This document shows, one piece after another, positions 1 through 8,350 of a stretch of DNA of 32,000 bases. Every line of letters begins with the position of its first letter. Within the stretch, counting starts at the first letter, position 1. The translations under genes were made by a program, and so were the position numbers. Origin of the DNA: Haloferax volcanii DS2 (GTDB lineage Archaea; Halobacteriota; Halobacteria; Halobacteriales; Haloferacaceae); the NCBI RefSeq assembly GCF_000025685.1, contig NC_013967.1:540001-572000 (forward strand), written 5' to 3'. The notes under the pieces were generated by a model that had not been told where the DNA came from, did no database searches, and worked only from the letters and a program-made list of their open reading frames with translations.

Positions 1-1
1 C

Positions 2-37
2 AAGCCGGTGTTCGACGTCTCGGTCCTTCGGGAGTAA
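2..37 (+). CDS. 3' terminal 11 codons of an unidentified CDS entering from upstream of the window (...KPVFDVSVLRE*)
   Basis: The frame is open from the window edge to TAA at 35-37. Third codon positions are almost all G/C, as in the real genes here. Far too short to name. Confidence 0.25.
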   Translation, partial: KPVFDVSVLRE

Positions 38-256
38 GGCGACCGATTCCGTCTCGCTCGTAGTCACCCTCAGCCGCCGTTTCATAGCCGCGGTTCAGTT
101 CTCAGCCACGGCTCGTTTCACACCACAGCTCGTTCACCACTCGTCTGTCTCTGTCCAGAGCGACCGCTTCGCAGTCGGTCGTCAGAAAAGCATGCCGCGA
201 AGTGGGCTATCGGGAATCGTGACACCGCCGGTGCCGCTCGGTTCGACGGGGCGGGG

Positions 257-904
257 TCACTCCGGCCGGGGGTCCCACTCGCGCTCGACGAGGAAGTCGT
301 CGAGCTTGCCCTTGGGGTCCTCGAAGACGTGCGAACCGTGGAAGACGAGCAGCGTCTCGAAGTCGTACTGGAGCAGGTCGTAGAGGTTGATTTCGGCGGC
401 CTTGTGGTCGTCGTTGAACAGCGCCGGCGGCGGGAGCAGGTAGCCAGCCGGGAGGCCCGCGCGGTCGGCCCCGTCGAGGGCGTCTCCGGAGATGAGGATG
501 CCGCGGTCTTCGAGCAGGAGCGCCGAGGTCGCCTTCGTGTGGCCCGGCACCTCGATGACGCGGATGTTCCCGTCGAGCAGGTCGCCGTCGGTGAACGTCA
601 CGTCAGGCTCGTAGTCGATGGCCTCGTGGAGCTTCGACTCGTTGGCCGACGCGACGAGTTCGGGGTCGAACGCCTCCATCACCGACGGGAGGCCGCCGTG
701 GTGGCCGTGGTCGCCGTGGGTGATGATGACGCGGTCGACGCCGCCGTACTCCCGCTCCAGAATCTCGACGAGCTCCTCGCCGTCCTCGTCGAAGCCGGTG
801 TCCACGAGCGTCGTCTTCCCCGTCGGCGTGTCCTTCAGGACGAGGACCCGGACGTGGTCGAACTGAATCTGGTCGATACCCTCGGTGGCGTTGCTGACAC
901 TCAT
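257..904 (-). CDS. MBL-fold metallo-hydrolase (beta-lactamase fold), paralogue 1
   Basis: 215-aa ORF with ATG at 902-904. MBL-fold motif series ITHGDHGHHGG / VPGHT / ISGD / FHGSH. Acidic composition. Same length as, and colinear with, the ORF at 4296-4943. Confidence 0.85.
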   Translation of the reverse strand: MSVSNATEGIDQIQFDHVRVLVLKDTPTGKTTLVDTGFDEDGEELVEILEREYGGVDRVIITHGDHGHHGGLPSVMEAFDPELVASANESKLHEAIDYEPDVTFTDGDLLDGNIRVIEVPGHTKATSALLLEDRGILISGDALDGADRAGLPAGYLLPPPALFNDDHKAAEINLYDLLQYDFETLLVFHGSHVFEDPKGKLDDFLVEREWDPRPE

Positions 905-1191
905 TCCGGTGGAACGGTGGTTCGCAGCGCCGGTTAATTCTATCGATGGGCGCGAAACCCGGCGTTGTCGCCCGCGGACATATCGACTTCGCTACCGTAC
1001 CGTCCGCCCGCCGGGCCACGCTTCAGTGTGCGGTTGTCCAGTCTCGCTGGCGGTCTCCGACGGTGACTGGACGATGGTCTCGACCGTACTTACCTCCCGT
1101 GTCGTGACTTTCAGCCCCGAACGGACGGGGAAAGACCAATATGTTTATTACATACGATTGCTTGGTATCATACCACGAGGCAGAACAAATA

Positions 1192-1707
1192 ATGGTGATT
1201 CAGAAAGTCGGGGCCGTCCTTGATAGAATCGGCTTGGAGAGCGTTCGTTCAAGTCCGCTGTCAGTCTTCTTCATCCTGTTTTCGGTCGTCGTCGTCTTCT
1301 TTGCGAGCCAGTTCCCGTCGGGTGACGGCGTCGGGCCGTCGTTCTTCCCGATTGCGGTGTCGGTCGGCATCATCTTCTTCGCCGGCATCGACGTGCTGAC
1401 GGGGTCCGAGACGGAGCTCGAAATCTCGGAGTTCGACTTCAAGCCCGCGGCCGTCGTCGCGGGGTTCCTCGTCGCGTACGTCCTCGTGATGCCACACCTC
1501 GGGTTCCTCGTGTCGACCATGGTGTTCATGCCGGTCGTCCTCTACTACTCGAACATCCACTCGAAGCTGCTGCTCGCAGTGCTGTCGATTGGGTTCCCCA
1601 TCGCGCTGTTCTACATCTTTGGCCGCATCTTCCTCGTTCGCCTCCCTGAGGGTATCATCCCGGTGTCTCGACTGCTGCCGCAGCTCCCACTGGCGGTGAC
1701 CTTCTGA
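1192..1707 (+). CDS. tctB: Tripartite tricarboxylate transporter small membrane subunit TctB
   Basis: The track ORF is 1141-1707. I prefer ATG 1192 (MVIQKVG...) because a TATA-like TTTATTA lies at 1144-1150, inside the longer ORF. About four hydrophobic helices and a TctB-type GPSFFP motif. The stop overlaps the tctA start (TGATG at 1705-1709). Confidence 0.78.
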   Translation: MVIQKVGAVLDRIGLESVRSSPLSVFFILFSVVVVFFASQFPSGDGVGPSFFPIAVSVGIIFFAGIDVLTGSETELEISEFDFKPAAVVAGFLVAYVLVMPHLGFLVSTMVFMPVVLYYSNIHSKLLLAVLSIGFPIALFYIFGRIFLVRLPEGIIPVSRLLPQLPLAVTF

Positions 1708-3194
1708 TGGTCGTCGAATACATCGGGCAGGCGCTCGTCAACCTCGCTGACCCGTTTATCCTCCTGTTGATGGTCGGCGGTATCTTCCTCGGCATCCTCA
1801 TGGGGTCGATTCCGGGGATGACCGCGACGATGACCATCGCGGTCCTGCTCTCGTTTACCTTCACGATGGAGCCGAGTCAGGGGATGATTCTCCTGTTGGG
1901 TATCTACGGCGGCGCGGTGTACGCGGGGTCGATTCCGGCGATTCTCATCCGCACGCCGGGTACCCCGTCGGCGGCGGCGACCATCTTCGACGGCCACCCG
2001 CTCTCCCAGAAGGGCGAGGCGGGTCGCGCGATTCGCGTGAGCACCATCGCGTCGTTCGTCGGCGGCGTCATCAGCGTCTTCGCGCTGATGTTCTTCTCGC
2101 CGGTCATCGCCGACGCCGCCCTCCGGTTCCGCTCGCCGGAGTTCTTCGCGCTCGCCTTCTTCGGACTGACCATCATCGTCAGCGTGAGCGGCGACTCGCT
2201 CACCAAGGGCATGGTCTCGGGTCTGCTCGGGATGCTCGTTGCGACGGTCGGCATCGACCCCGTGACCGGCTTCCACCGGTTTACGTTCGACATCCCCGAA
2301 CTGCTCACCGGCGTCGAGTTCATCGCCGTCATGATTGGCCTCTTCGGCATCGCCGAGGGACTTCGCAAGTACTCTCAGGGCATCAACAGCGGGAACGACC
2401 GCGTCGACCAGGAGATAACCGGCGTGTTCCCCTCGCTTTCCGACCTGCGGTCCATCGCGCCGGTCAGCGTCGGGTCGGGCATCCTCGGGTCGTTCATCGG
2501 CGCGATTCCCGGCGCGGGCGGCGACATCGCGGCGTTCATCACGTACAACGAGGCCACCCGCTGGCTCAAAGACAGCGTCCCGTCGTTCGGTGAAGGGAAC
2601 GTTCGCGGCGTCGCGGCCGCCGAGTCCGGGAACAACGCGAGCACCGGCGGCGCACTGATTCCGACGCTGACGCTCGGCATCCCGGGCGACTCCGTCTCCG
2701 CCATCCTCATCGGCGCGCTGTTGGTCCACGACGTGAACCCCGGTCCGGGCCTGTACCAAGAGGAGCCGGTCTTGCTGTACACCATCTTCGTCGGGTTCCT
2801 CCTCATCTACGTGTTCATCCTCATCTTCGGCATGCTCGGCGCGAACTACTGGGCGCGCCTCATCAACATCCCGAAGTCCCACATCTGGCCCGTCATCCTC
2901 GTGCTGTGTGTCATCGGAGCCATCGCGCTCCGCGGCAACGTCTTCGACGCGTGGATTATGCTCGGCGCGGGCGTGTTGGGGTACGCGATGCGGCTACGGG
3001 GCTACCCGCTGGCACCGATGGTGCTCGGTCTCATCCTCGCGCCCATCGCGGAGGAGAACCTCCGCCGGTCGCTCGTCCTCTCGGGCGGGTCGCCGACCAT
3101 CTTCCTCACGAGTCCCATCGCCCTCGTCATCATCCTGCTCGGTCTGGGTGCGATTGCGCTCCCCGCCGTGCGCTCGATTCGCGCGAACGCGTAA
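1707..3194 (+). CDS. tctA: Tripartite tricarboxylate transporter large permease TctA
   Basis: 495-aa polytopic membrane protein with TctA-like glycine/proline-rich segments (GSIPGMTATMTIAVLL, GAIPGAGGDIAAF, TLTLGIPGDS). Translationally coupled to tctB. Confidence 0.92.
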   Translation: MVVEYIGQALVNLADPFILLLMVGGIFLGILMGSIPGMTATMTIAVLLSFTFTMEPSQGMILLLGIYGGAVYAGSIPAILIRTPGTPSAAATIFDGHPLSQKGEAGRAIRVSTIASFVGGVISVFALMFFSPVIADAALRFRSPEFFALAFFGLTIIVSVSGDSLTKGMVSGLLGMLVATVGIDPVTGFHRFTFDIPELLTGVEFIAVMIGLFGIAEGLRKYSQGINSGNDRVDQEITGVFPSLSDLRSIAPVSVGSGILGSFIGAIPGAGGDIAAFITYNEATRWLKDSVPSFGEGNVRGVAAAESGNNASTGGALIPTLTLGIPGDSVSAILIGALLVHDVNPGPGLYQEEPVLLYTIFVGFLLIYVFILIFGMLGANYWARLINIPKSHIWPVILVLCVIGAIALRGNVFDAWIMLGAGVLGYAMRLRGYPLAPMVLGLILAPIAEENLRRSLVLSGGSPTIFLTSPIALVIILLGLGAIALPAVRSIRANA

Positions 3195-3212
3195 CGCCGC
3201 CACCCTCGACGC

Positions 3213-3218
3213 TTTTCT
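3213..3218 (+). terminator. Oligo-T tract (TTTTCT) about 20 nt after the tctA stop; candidate archaeal terminator
   Basis: Position relative to stop codon 3192-3194. Archaeal termination commonly occurs at T-runs. No supporting structure seen. Confidence 0.35.
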
Positions 3219-3623
3219 CACGCCGCGTTCGTTCCCCGTCTGATTTCTCCCGCGGGTTGCACCCGAACGGCGCACCGCTCGGCGCTCGCGACGCGTGCGG
3301 TGCTTCGACAGCAGGCAAGGCGCGCGCCCGAGGCTAACACCGAGACGGCTCACGACGGCTGCCGGAGTGTTGTCGGCTCCCGGTTCCATTCTGTTCACTC
3401 CGGTCTCTCACACCCCCACGCGACGGCGTCGATGTCGCGGGCGACCCGCTTGAACTGACCGGCTCCGTTTCGAGGATGTTGAAAGACAGGGGTAATTTTC
3501 GTTCTACTCGGAGTGGAATTACAGACATAGCTCCGTAACGAGATTCGGTCGATTTCGGTTTAGTTACGATACTGTTGAAATACATCCGGCTCGACGGTCG
3601 AACTCACGTGTCGCGTTGGCTGT

Positions 3624-3648
3624 CGAAACCGCGAACCGAAACCGCGAA
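3624..3648 (+). repeat. Tandem CGAAACCGCGAA x2 (13-bp period) upstream of the usp promoter
   Basis: Exact 12-mer at 3624-3635 and 3637-3648. Lies 53-77 nt upstream of the TATA-like box at 3701. Possible regulator binding site. Confidence 0.4.
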
Positions 3649-3700
3649 TCGCGCCGACGCGGCGCTCGGTGGTCGCTCCGAATGGGATTCGGCGAAACGA

Positions 3701-3708
3701 TATTATAT
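3701..3708 (+). promoter_or_regulatory. TATA-like box TATTATAT for usp
   Basis: AT-rich octamer 22-29 nt upstream of ATG 3730, which is the spacing expected for a leaderless haloarchaeal transcript. Confidence 0.5.
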
Positions 3709-3729
3709 CCCACCGTGGTACACGCTGGT

Positions 3730-4161
3730 ATGGTCGTTGTTGCAGCAGTCGATCGGTCAGGTCGATCAGCACACGTTGTCTCGGAAGCCGCATCGCTGGC
3801 GGCGGCGTTCGACGAAGCGGTCCACGTCGTCCACGCGCTGACCCGCTCGGAGTTCATCGACCTCGGGCTGACGAGCGCGCAGGCCGAGGAGCCGAAGGAT
3901 ATGGACGAGATTCGGTCGGCCGCCGCCGAGATGGCCGAAGACTCCGTGTCGGGACTGGACGTTCCGTACGAGACGGTGGGACTCGTCGGCAACCCGGCCG
4001 ACGAAGTCATCGAGTACGCCGACGGACAGGACGCGAGCTATATCGTGGTGAGTCCGCGACGCCGCTCGCGAACCGGAAAGATGCTGTTCGGAAGCGTCGC
4101 TCAGTCGATTCTCCTGAACGCGTCGTGCCCGGTCGTTTCGACCCTCGCAGACGAGGAGTAG
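3730..4161 (+). CDS. Universal stress protein (UspA family)
   Basis: The track ORF is 3616-4161. ATG 3730 is preferred because of TATA spacing and the typical Usp length of 143 aa. N-terminal beta strand MVVVAAVDRS. C-terminal nucleotide-binding region YIVVSPRRRSRTGKMLFGSVAQSILLNASCPVV. Confidence 0.85.
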   Translation: MVVVAAVDRSGRSAHVVSEAASLAAAFDEAVHVVHALTRSEFIDLGLTSAQAEEPKDMDEIRSAAAEMAEDSVSGLDVPYETVGLVGNPADEVIEYADGQDASYIVVSPRRRSRTGKMLFGSVAQSILLNASCPVVSTLADEE

Positions 4162-4262
4162 CGCCCGTCGGGGCGCGAGTCTGCCCGGAGCGCCGCCGCG
4201 CAGGTTCGTCGGCTCGGCTTCGGACCGCCGCGTTACACGCGCGTGAGAACGCGCGTCTCCCC

Positions 4263-4268
4263 TTTTAT
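4263..4268 (+). promoter_or_regulatory. TATA-like TTTTAT for the second MBL gene
   Basis: 28-33 nt upstream of ATG 4296. Preceded by the self-complementary octamer ACGCGCGT, present twice (about 4236-4258). Confidence 0.4.
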
Positions 4269-4295
4269 CGCGACTCGCCGTAGTCTCGACCGCGC

Positions 4296-4943
4296 ATGAC
4301 AGTGACAGCAGTCGCAGACGGAGTGTACACGATACAGTTCGACCACGTCCGAGTGTTCGTCATCGAAGACCGACCGGCCGGAACGACCACGCTCGTCGAC
4401 GCGGCATTCCCCGACGACGGCCACGAGTTAGTGTCCGTGCTGGAGTCGGAGTTCGGCGGTGTCGACCGACTCGTCATCACCCACGGCGACGAGGGTCACT
4501 TCGGCGGGACGCCCGCCGTGTTGGATGCGTTCGACCCCGAACTGCTCGTCCCCGGCGGCGCGAAGGGCTTCTACGACGCGCTCGACATCGAGGCCGACCG
4601 CCACTTCCGCCACGATGACGTGCTCGACGGCGGGATTCGAATCGTGCAGGTGCCGGGCCACACGGTCGCAAACAACGGCCTGCTGTTGGAGGACGACGGC
4701 GTGTTCATCGCCGGCGACGTGGTCGAGGGGTCGGACCGCCGCGGTCTCCCGCCGGGATTCCTCGTCCCGCCGGCGGCGCAGTTCAACGACCTGAGCCACG
4801 AGGAAGCCGAGCGGAACCTCGTCAAACTGTTCGACTACGACATCGAGACGGTGCTCGTGAGCCACGGCACGCACGTCGACGACGACCCGCTCGGGAAGTT
4901 GGACGACTGGCTCATCGACCGCCAGTGGACGCTGTCGTACTGA
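4296..4943 (+). CDS. MBL-fold metallo-hydrolase, paralogue 2 (inverted relative to 257-904)
   Basis: 215 aa. Motifs ITHGDEGHFGG / VPGHT / IAGD / SHGTH. By my count 51 of the first 83 aligned residues are identical to paralogue 1. Confidence 0.85.
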   Translation: MTVTAVADGVYTIQFDHVRVFVIEDRPAGTTTLVDAAFPDDGHELVSVLESEFGGVDRLVITHGDEGHFGGTPAVLDAFDPELLVPGGAKGFYDALDIEADRHFRHDDVLDGGIRIVQVPGHTVANNGLLLEDDGVFIAGDVVEGSDRRGLPPGFLVPPAAQFNDLSHEEAERNLVKLFDYDIETVLVSHGTHVDDDPLGKLDDWLIDRQWTLSY

Positions 4944-5182
4944 GTCGCTTCGAGTCGGCCGGAGGCACACCCGACCGACACGGCCGCGGAGTCGCTCCAT
5001 ACCCGAGTCAGAACAATAATTACCAAATTTCATTGATGTAATAAAAATTGACAAATTTGAGCCAGAGGAATCGACTCTATCGGAGGGGGTAAAAGAAGAA
5101 AACCCGACACATAGCCCGTAATACGCTGATATTCGGCTAACTGAATTTCGATACGCCATCAATGCGGAAGAAACTAGCATCC

Positions 5183-5221
5183 CCTATTGAATCTGCGATA
5201 ATAGGCTGTTACTGGCTTTTT
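5183..5221 (+). terminator. Hairpin (CCTATT-11 nt-AATAGG) followed by T5; terminator-like element in the AT-rich spacer
   Basis: 6-bp inverted repeat at 5183-5188/5200-5205, then TTTTT at 5217-5221 on the plus strand. It could end the MBL-2 3'UTR or a small RNA. Confidence 0.3.
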
Positions 5222-5378
5222 ATGGATGTTCACGCCCGGTCTGTGTCTGTTCGGTTCTTTCCCTTTGAATAGTCTATTTCCATATACTTTTTAGGATTAG
5301 ACAGACTATTGATTTTCAACGTATGGCCTCGATAGACCGGTCTCCATCGGGGTGCGCGACGACCCGAGCCGATGGGGT

Positions 5379-5921
5379 TCAGTTCGGGCGCGCGGCGACC
5401 GTCAGGTCCGTCCGCGACCGCGGCGTGGCGATGCGAACGTCCACGAGGACGGCGACGACGGTCGTCTCGCCCGCGCGCTCTTGGACCACGACGCCGTCGT
5501 CGGCGACGCAGGGCCCGAACTCCCGAGACGGACCGTCGGGGCAGTTCCTGAGCGCCCACCCGGAGGCCGCCGAGTCGTTCGTCGTCAACGCTACGCCGCC
5601 GGGGCGCGCGCGTTCGACGTTCGTCAGCGCGGGGTTGAGCCGCGACCGAAAGTCCGCGACTGCGGCGTCTCGCTCCGCCCAGTCGTATCGTCCCGCGACA
5701 CCCGCGGTCGCCAGTTCGACGGCGTCTTCGGTCGTCTCGACGATATCGTCCAGCGGCGGTGCCTCGGCCGTTTCGGTTACCCCGGCGAACCCGAGTTGCG
5801 CGTGGACGACGAGGAGCGTGAGCAGCGCGACGACGACGACGGCTCCGGAGACGAGCACCAACTGGCCACGGTCGTCGCCCGAGGCGGCGGCGTCGCTCGA
5901 ACCGCGGCTGAATCGGTTCAC
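5379..5921 (-). CDS. Pilin-like protein 5 with class III signal peptide (last gene of the pilus-like operon)
   Basis: The track ORF is 5379-5951. A GTG at 5919-5921 gives a GTGA overlap with the upstream stop, the same pattern as elsewhere in the operon. N-terminus ...GDDRGQLVLVSGAVVVVALLTLLV is charged, then RGQ, then a hydrophobic helix. Mature part is acidic. Confidence 0.7.
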   Translation of the reverse strand: MNRFSRGSSDAAASGDDRGQLVLVSGAVVVVALLTLLVVHAQLGFAGVTETAEAPPLDDIVETTEDAVELATAGVAGRYDWAERDAAVADFRSRLNPALTNVERARPGGVALTTNDSAASGWALRNCPDGPSREFGPCVADDGVVVQERAGETTVVAVLVDVRIATPRSRTDLTVAARPN

Positions 5922-6391
5922 GGGTACCACACCTCCAGCGTCGCGGTACAACGCGGGACCACGGCGGTCGCAGTTCTCACCCGCGCGGTCTCCGGCGGCG
6001 GTCTCCCGACCGACCCGACTTCGGTTCGGAGCGAGACGAACGCGCCGTTCGGGAGCCCCGCCGCGGCGACCTCGTGAAGCCGCGCCGCTCGGTCGTCGAA
6101 CTCCGCCGGCGACCCACAGGCCACGCCGAGAAGCGTTCCCGGTCCCTCGGCGGGGACCGACCCCACCAGCGACGCGGCGTCCGTCGCCTGCCGCGCCAGC
6201 GCGTCCGACTCGGCGGTCGGCGCGGGCGGCGCGAGCGCGAACCCCGCCGCAACGGCGAGGACGAACAGCGTCGCGACGACCGCTTCGACGACCGTCAGCG
6301 AGAGCTGTCCGCGGTCGTCCGTTCGGGTGCTGTCGGCGGCCGCGCAGTGCCGACGCAACCGCCGCGAGCGCTCTCCGCGTCGGTCACGCAT
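5918..6391 (-). CDS. Pilin-like protein 4 with class III signal peptide
   Basis: 157 aa with ATG at 6389-6391, overlapping the upstream stop by 8 nt. TDDRGQLSLTVVEAVVATLFVLAVAAGF motif. Confidence 0.7.
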   Translation of the reverse strand: MRDRRGERSRRLRRHCAAADSTRTDDRGQLSLTVVEAVVATLFVLAVAAGFALAPPAPTAESDALARQATDAASLVGSVPAEGPGTLLGVACGSPAEFDDRAARLHEVAAAGLPNGAFVSLRTEVGSVGRPPPETARVRTATAVVPRCTATLEVWYP

Positions 6392-7079
6392 CCACGGTCA
6401 CCTCGATTCGAACGACCGTCGCATCGAACGCCGTCGCTGACACGTCGACGCTCCCGGACGGCTCGTCGCCGGTGGTTTCGACGCGGACCTCGTGGTCGGG
6501 CCGGGACGATACCCCGACGACGTGTTGCCCCTCGATTCCGGCCGGTTGGTGGAGTGCGACCCTGTCGTCGACCCAAATCGTCTGCACCGTCGTGTTCGGC
6601 GCGGGATTCACGTCGAGTCGAGTGCGGTTCGTCCGCCCGGTGAGCGTCGTGTTGGGCTCCGCCGAGAGGTTAATCGACCTGCGGACGGTCCGCCGGTTGA
6701 CGCCGACCGCGCCGCGGCTAACCGTGTAGCCGCTCGACGGGTCACCCCGCTCGGCGACGGTTCGCCCGTCGATTCGGACGCGGAACGCGGCGCCGCGGAG
6801 CGGCGGGACGGCGGCGGCGAGCACGGTCGCGTTCGTCTCGTTCGCGAGCGTGAGGTCGACGGCGTCGCTTCCGTTGTCGGACCGCGTAATCGGGGATTCC
6901 GTGAGGAGCGCGTCCGCGGCGCTCTCGGCGCGGTGCTGTTCGAGCGACTCGCCGGCCGCGTCCGCGAGGACTCGGTCGGCGGCGGCGACGCCCCCGACCG
7001 TGACCGCGGTCACGAGCACGAGCGCCACCGCGAGTCCGGCGAGCGTCGTCTGTGCGCGCGCCGCGCCGTGACTACGCAT
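6384..7079 (-). CDS. Pilin-like protein 3 with class III-type signal; N-glycosylation-sequon rich
   Basis: The track ORF extends to 7169, but its first 30 codons overlap the upstream gene. ATG at 7077-7079 (MRSHGAARAQTTLAGLAVALVLVTAVTV) overlaps the upstream TAG by 8 nt (ATGCGTAG). Seven N-X-S/T sequons. Confidence 0.7.
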   Translation of the reverse strand: MRSHGAARAQTTLAGLAVALVLVTAVTVGGVAAADRVLADAAGESLEQHRAESAADALLTESPITRSDNGSDAVDLTLANETNATVLAAAVPPLRGAAFRVRIDGRTVAERGDPSSGYTVSRGAVGVNRRTVRRSINLSAEPNTTLTGRTNRTRLDVNPAPNTTVQTIWVDDRVALHQPAGIEGQHVVGVSSRPDHEVRVETTGDEPSGSVDVSATAFDATVVRIEVTVDA

Positions 7080-7650
7080 CCGCCCTCCCGTTCGCGAGTT
7101 CGAGCGTCGTCCCGTCGTCGTCATCGACCACGACGCGCACCACGCAGTCGTTGCCGCTGTCCCACGCACCCGAGACGCTCACGGAGTCGGGGAGCGTCAC
7201 CGGGAGTCGCCGGTCGAACGCGTCGTTCGGATGGTCGAGGACGAGCGCCGGTGCGGTCACGTTCGGGTCGGTCGCGAGCGTGGCGTTCGGGACGTACGCG
7301 ATTCGGTAGGAACTCCCGCGAATCGCTCGCGGAAGCGCCGCGTCGACTCGTCTGGACCCGCGGACCGCCGACTCGGGGACGACGGCGGTCGTCTCGACCT
7401 GCTCCGTCGCCGCCGCGAGCGTTCTGTCGGCGAGTTCGTGACCGACCGCGGCGCGGTGGTCGGGGACGACGCCGCCGAACAGCACCGTCGTCAAGAGTCC
7501 GACGAACAGCACGACGATTGCGGCTTCGAGCGCCTTGCCGACGACGGGGACCACGGCGCGCTCGGCGGCCCGACCGCCGGTCCCGGGCGTCACCGGTCCG
7601 GAGTCGTCGGGGGCGACCGACGACGGCTCGGACGCGTCAGCCACGGTCAA
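7072..7650 (-). CDS. Pilin-like/accessory protein 2 with an N-terminal hydrophobic helix
   Basis: 192-aa ORF. The start is TTG 7650 or GTG 7644, both overlapping the upstream stop at 7637-7639. VVGKALEAAIVVLFVGLLTTVLFGG follows an acidic/Pro-rich leader. This is the least canonical signal of the five. Confidence 0.6.
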   Translation of the reverse strand: MTVADASEPSSVAPDDSGPVTPGTGGRAAERAVVPVVGKALEAAIVVLFVGLLTTVLFGGVVPDHRAAVGHELADRTLAAATEQVETTAVVPESAVRGSRRVDAALPRAIRGSSYRIAYVPNATLATDPNVTAPALVLDHPNDAFDRRLPVTLPDSVSVSGAWDSGNDCVVRVVVDDDDGTTLELANGRADA

Positions 7651-8350
7651 TCACCACCGAAACGTCGTATCGGGCGACCGTGAGCGTCCGCTCGTCGGGG
7701 ACGGTGGCGACGACGCTCTCGGTGCCGTCGCCGTCGAAGTCGGTTCGAGTCGTGTTGAAACCGCGGCGCTCGAACGCTCGCTCCCACGCGTCGGGGGTCG
7801 CCGTCTCGACGGCGACGGCGTACCCGTCGGCCGGGCGGTCGGTCACGGTTCGCGTCGTCTGCGTTCGGAGCGCCGCACCCGACCCGAGTCCACCGCCGTC
7901 GGTGGCATCGGCGGTCAGGACGGGAACCGTGAGAAACGCCGCGTCGCCGGCGAACGCCACCGGAACGGGCGTGACGAGCGCGGCGGAATCGCCGGTGCCG
8001 CGGACGACCGCGCCGCCGACGAACGCGACCCGATGGCCGCCGAGGTCGGCGACGTACCCGTCGGCGTCGTAGGTCCTGGTCGGCCTCGTCTCCGAGGTGA
8101 TTCGGACCGTCCTGTTCACCCGCGAGAGGTCGCCGTCGGTGACGCGAACCGGGTAGCTGTCGTTCGCGGCGGCGACGACGCCGTCTCGGAACGACGAGAA
8201 GCCGTCCGCGGCGGCGTCAGCGTCCGCACTCGCTATCTGGGCGTCCACGAGTCCGCCGACGCTGGCGGTCAGGAGACCGATGGCGACGACGCCGACGCCG
8301 AGCAGGAGCGCGACGCCGACGACGTTCGCCTGGCCGCGGGTGGCGCTCAT
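7637..8350 (-). CDS. Archaeal type IV pilin-like protein 1 (Pilin_N-type N-terminus)
   Basis: The track ORF is 7637-8383. ATG at 8348-8350 forms an ATGA overlap with the pilC stop. MSATRGQANVVGVALLLGVGVVAIGLL matches the archaeal pilin N-terminal pattern (R-G-Q plus a hydrophobic helix). Three N-X-S/T sequons. Confidence 0.8.
   Translation of the reverse strand: MSATRGQANVVGVALLLGVGVVAIGLLTASVGGLVDAQIASADADAAADGFSSFRDGVVAAANDSYPVRVTDGDLSRVNRTVRITSETRPTRTYDADGYVADLGGHRVAFVGGAVVRGTGDSAALVTPVPVAFAGDAAFLTVPVLTADATDGGGLGSGAALRTQTTRTVTDRPADGYAVAVETATPDAWERAFERRGFNTTRTDFDGDGTESVVATVPDERTLTVARYDVSVVIDRG

Noticed and set aside
95-165. Recurrent GTTTCA(C)/GTTCAC strings reminiscent of the ORB core TTCAC
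   Set aside because: Only the 5-6-nt core is shared, without the TGCAA extension or G-string. The strings lie in a convergent 3' region far from any orc gene, and at this length are likely chance.
3334-3585. 83-aa minus-strand ORF in the tctA-usp spacer
   Set aside because: It has a basic, Ser/Arg-rich composition and low GC3 in its AT-rich half. It has no start context or motif, so it is most likely non-coding.
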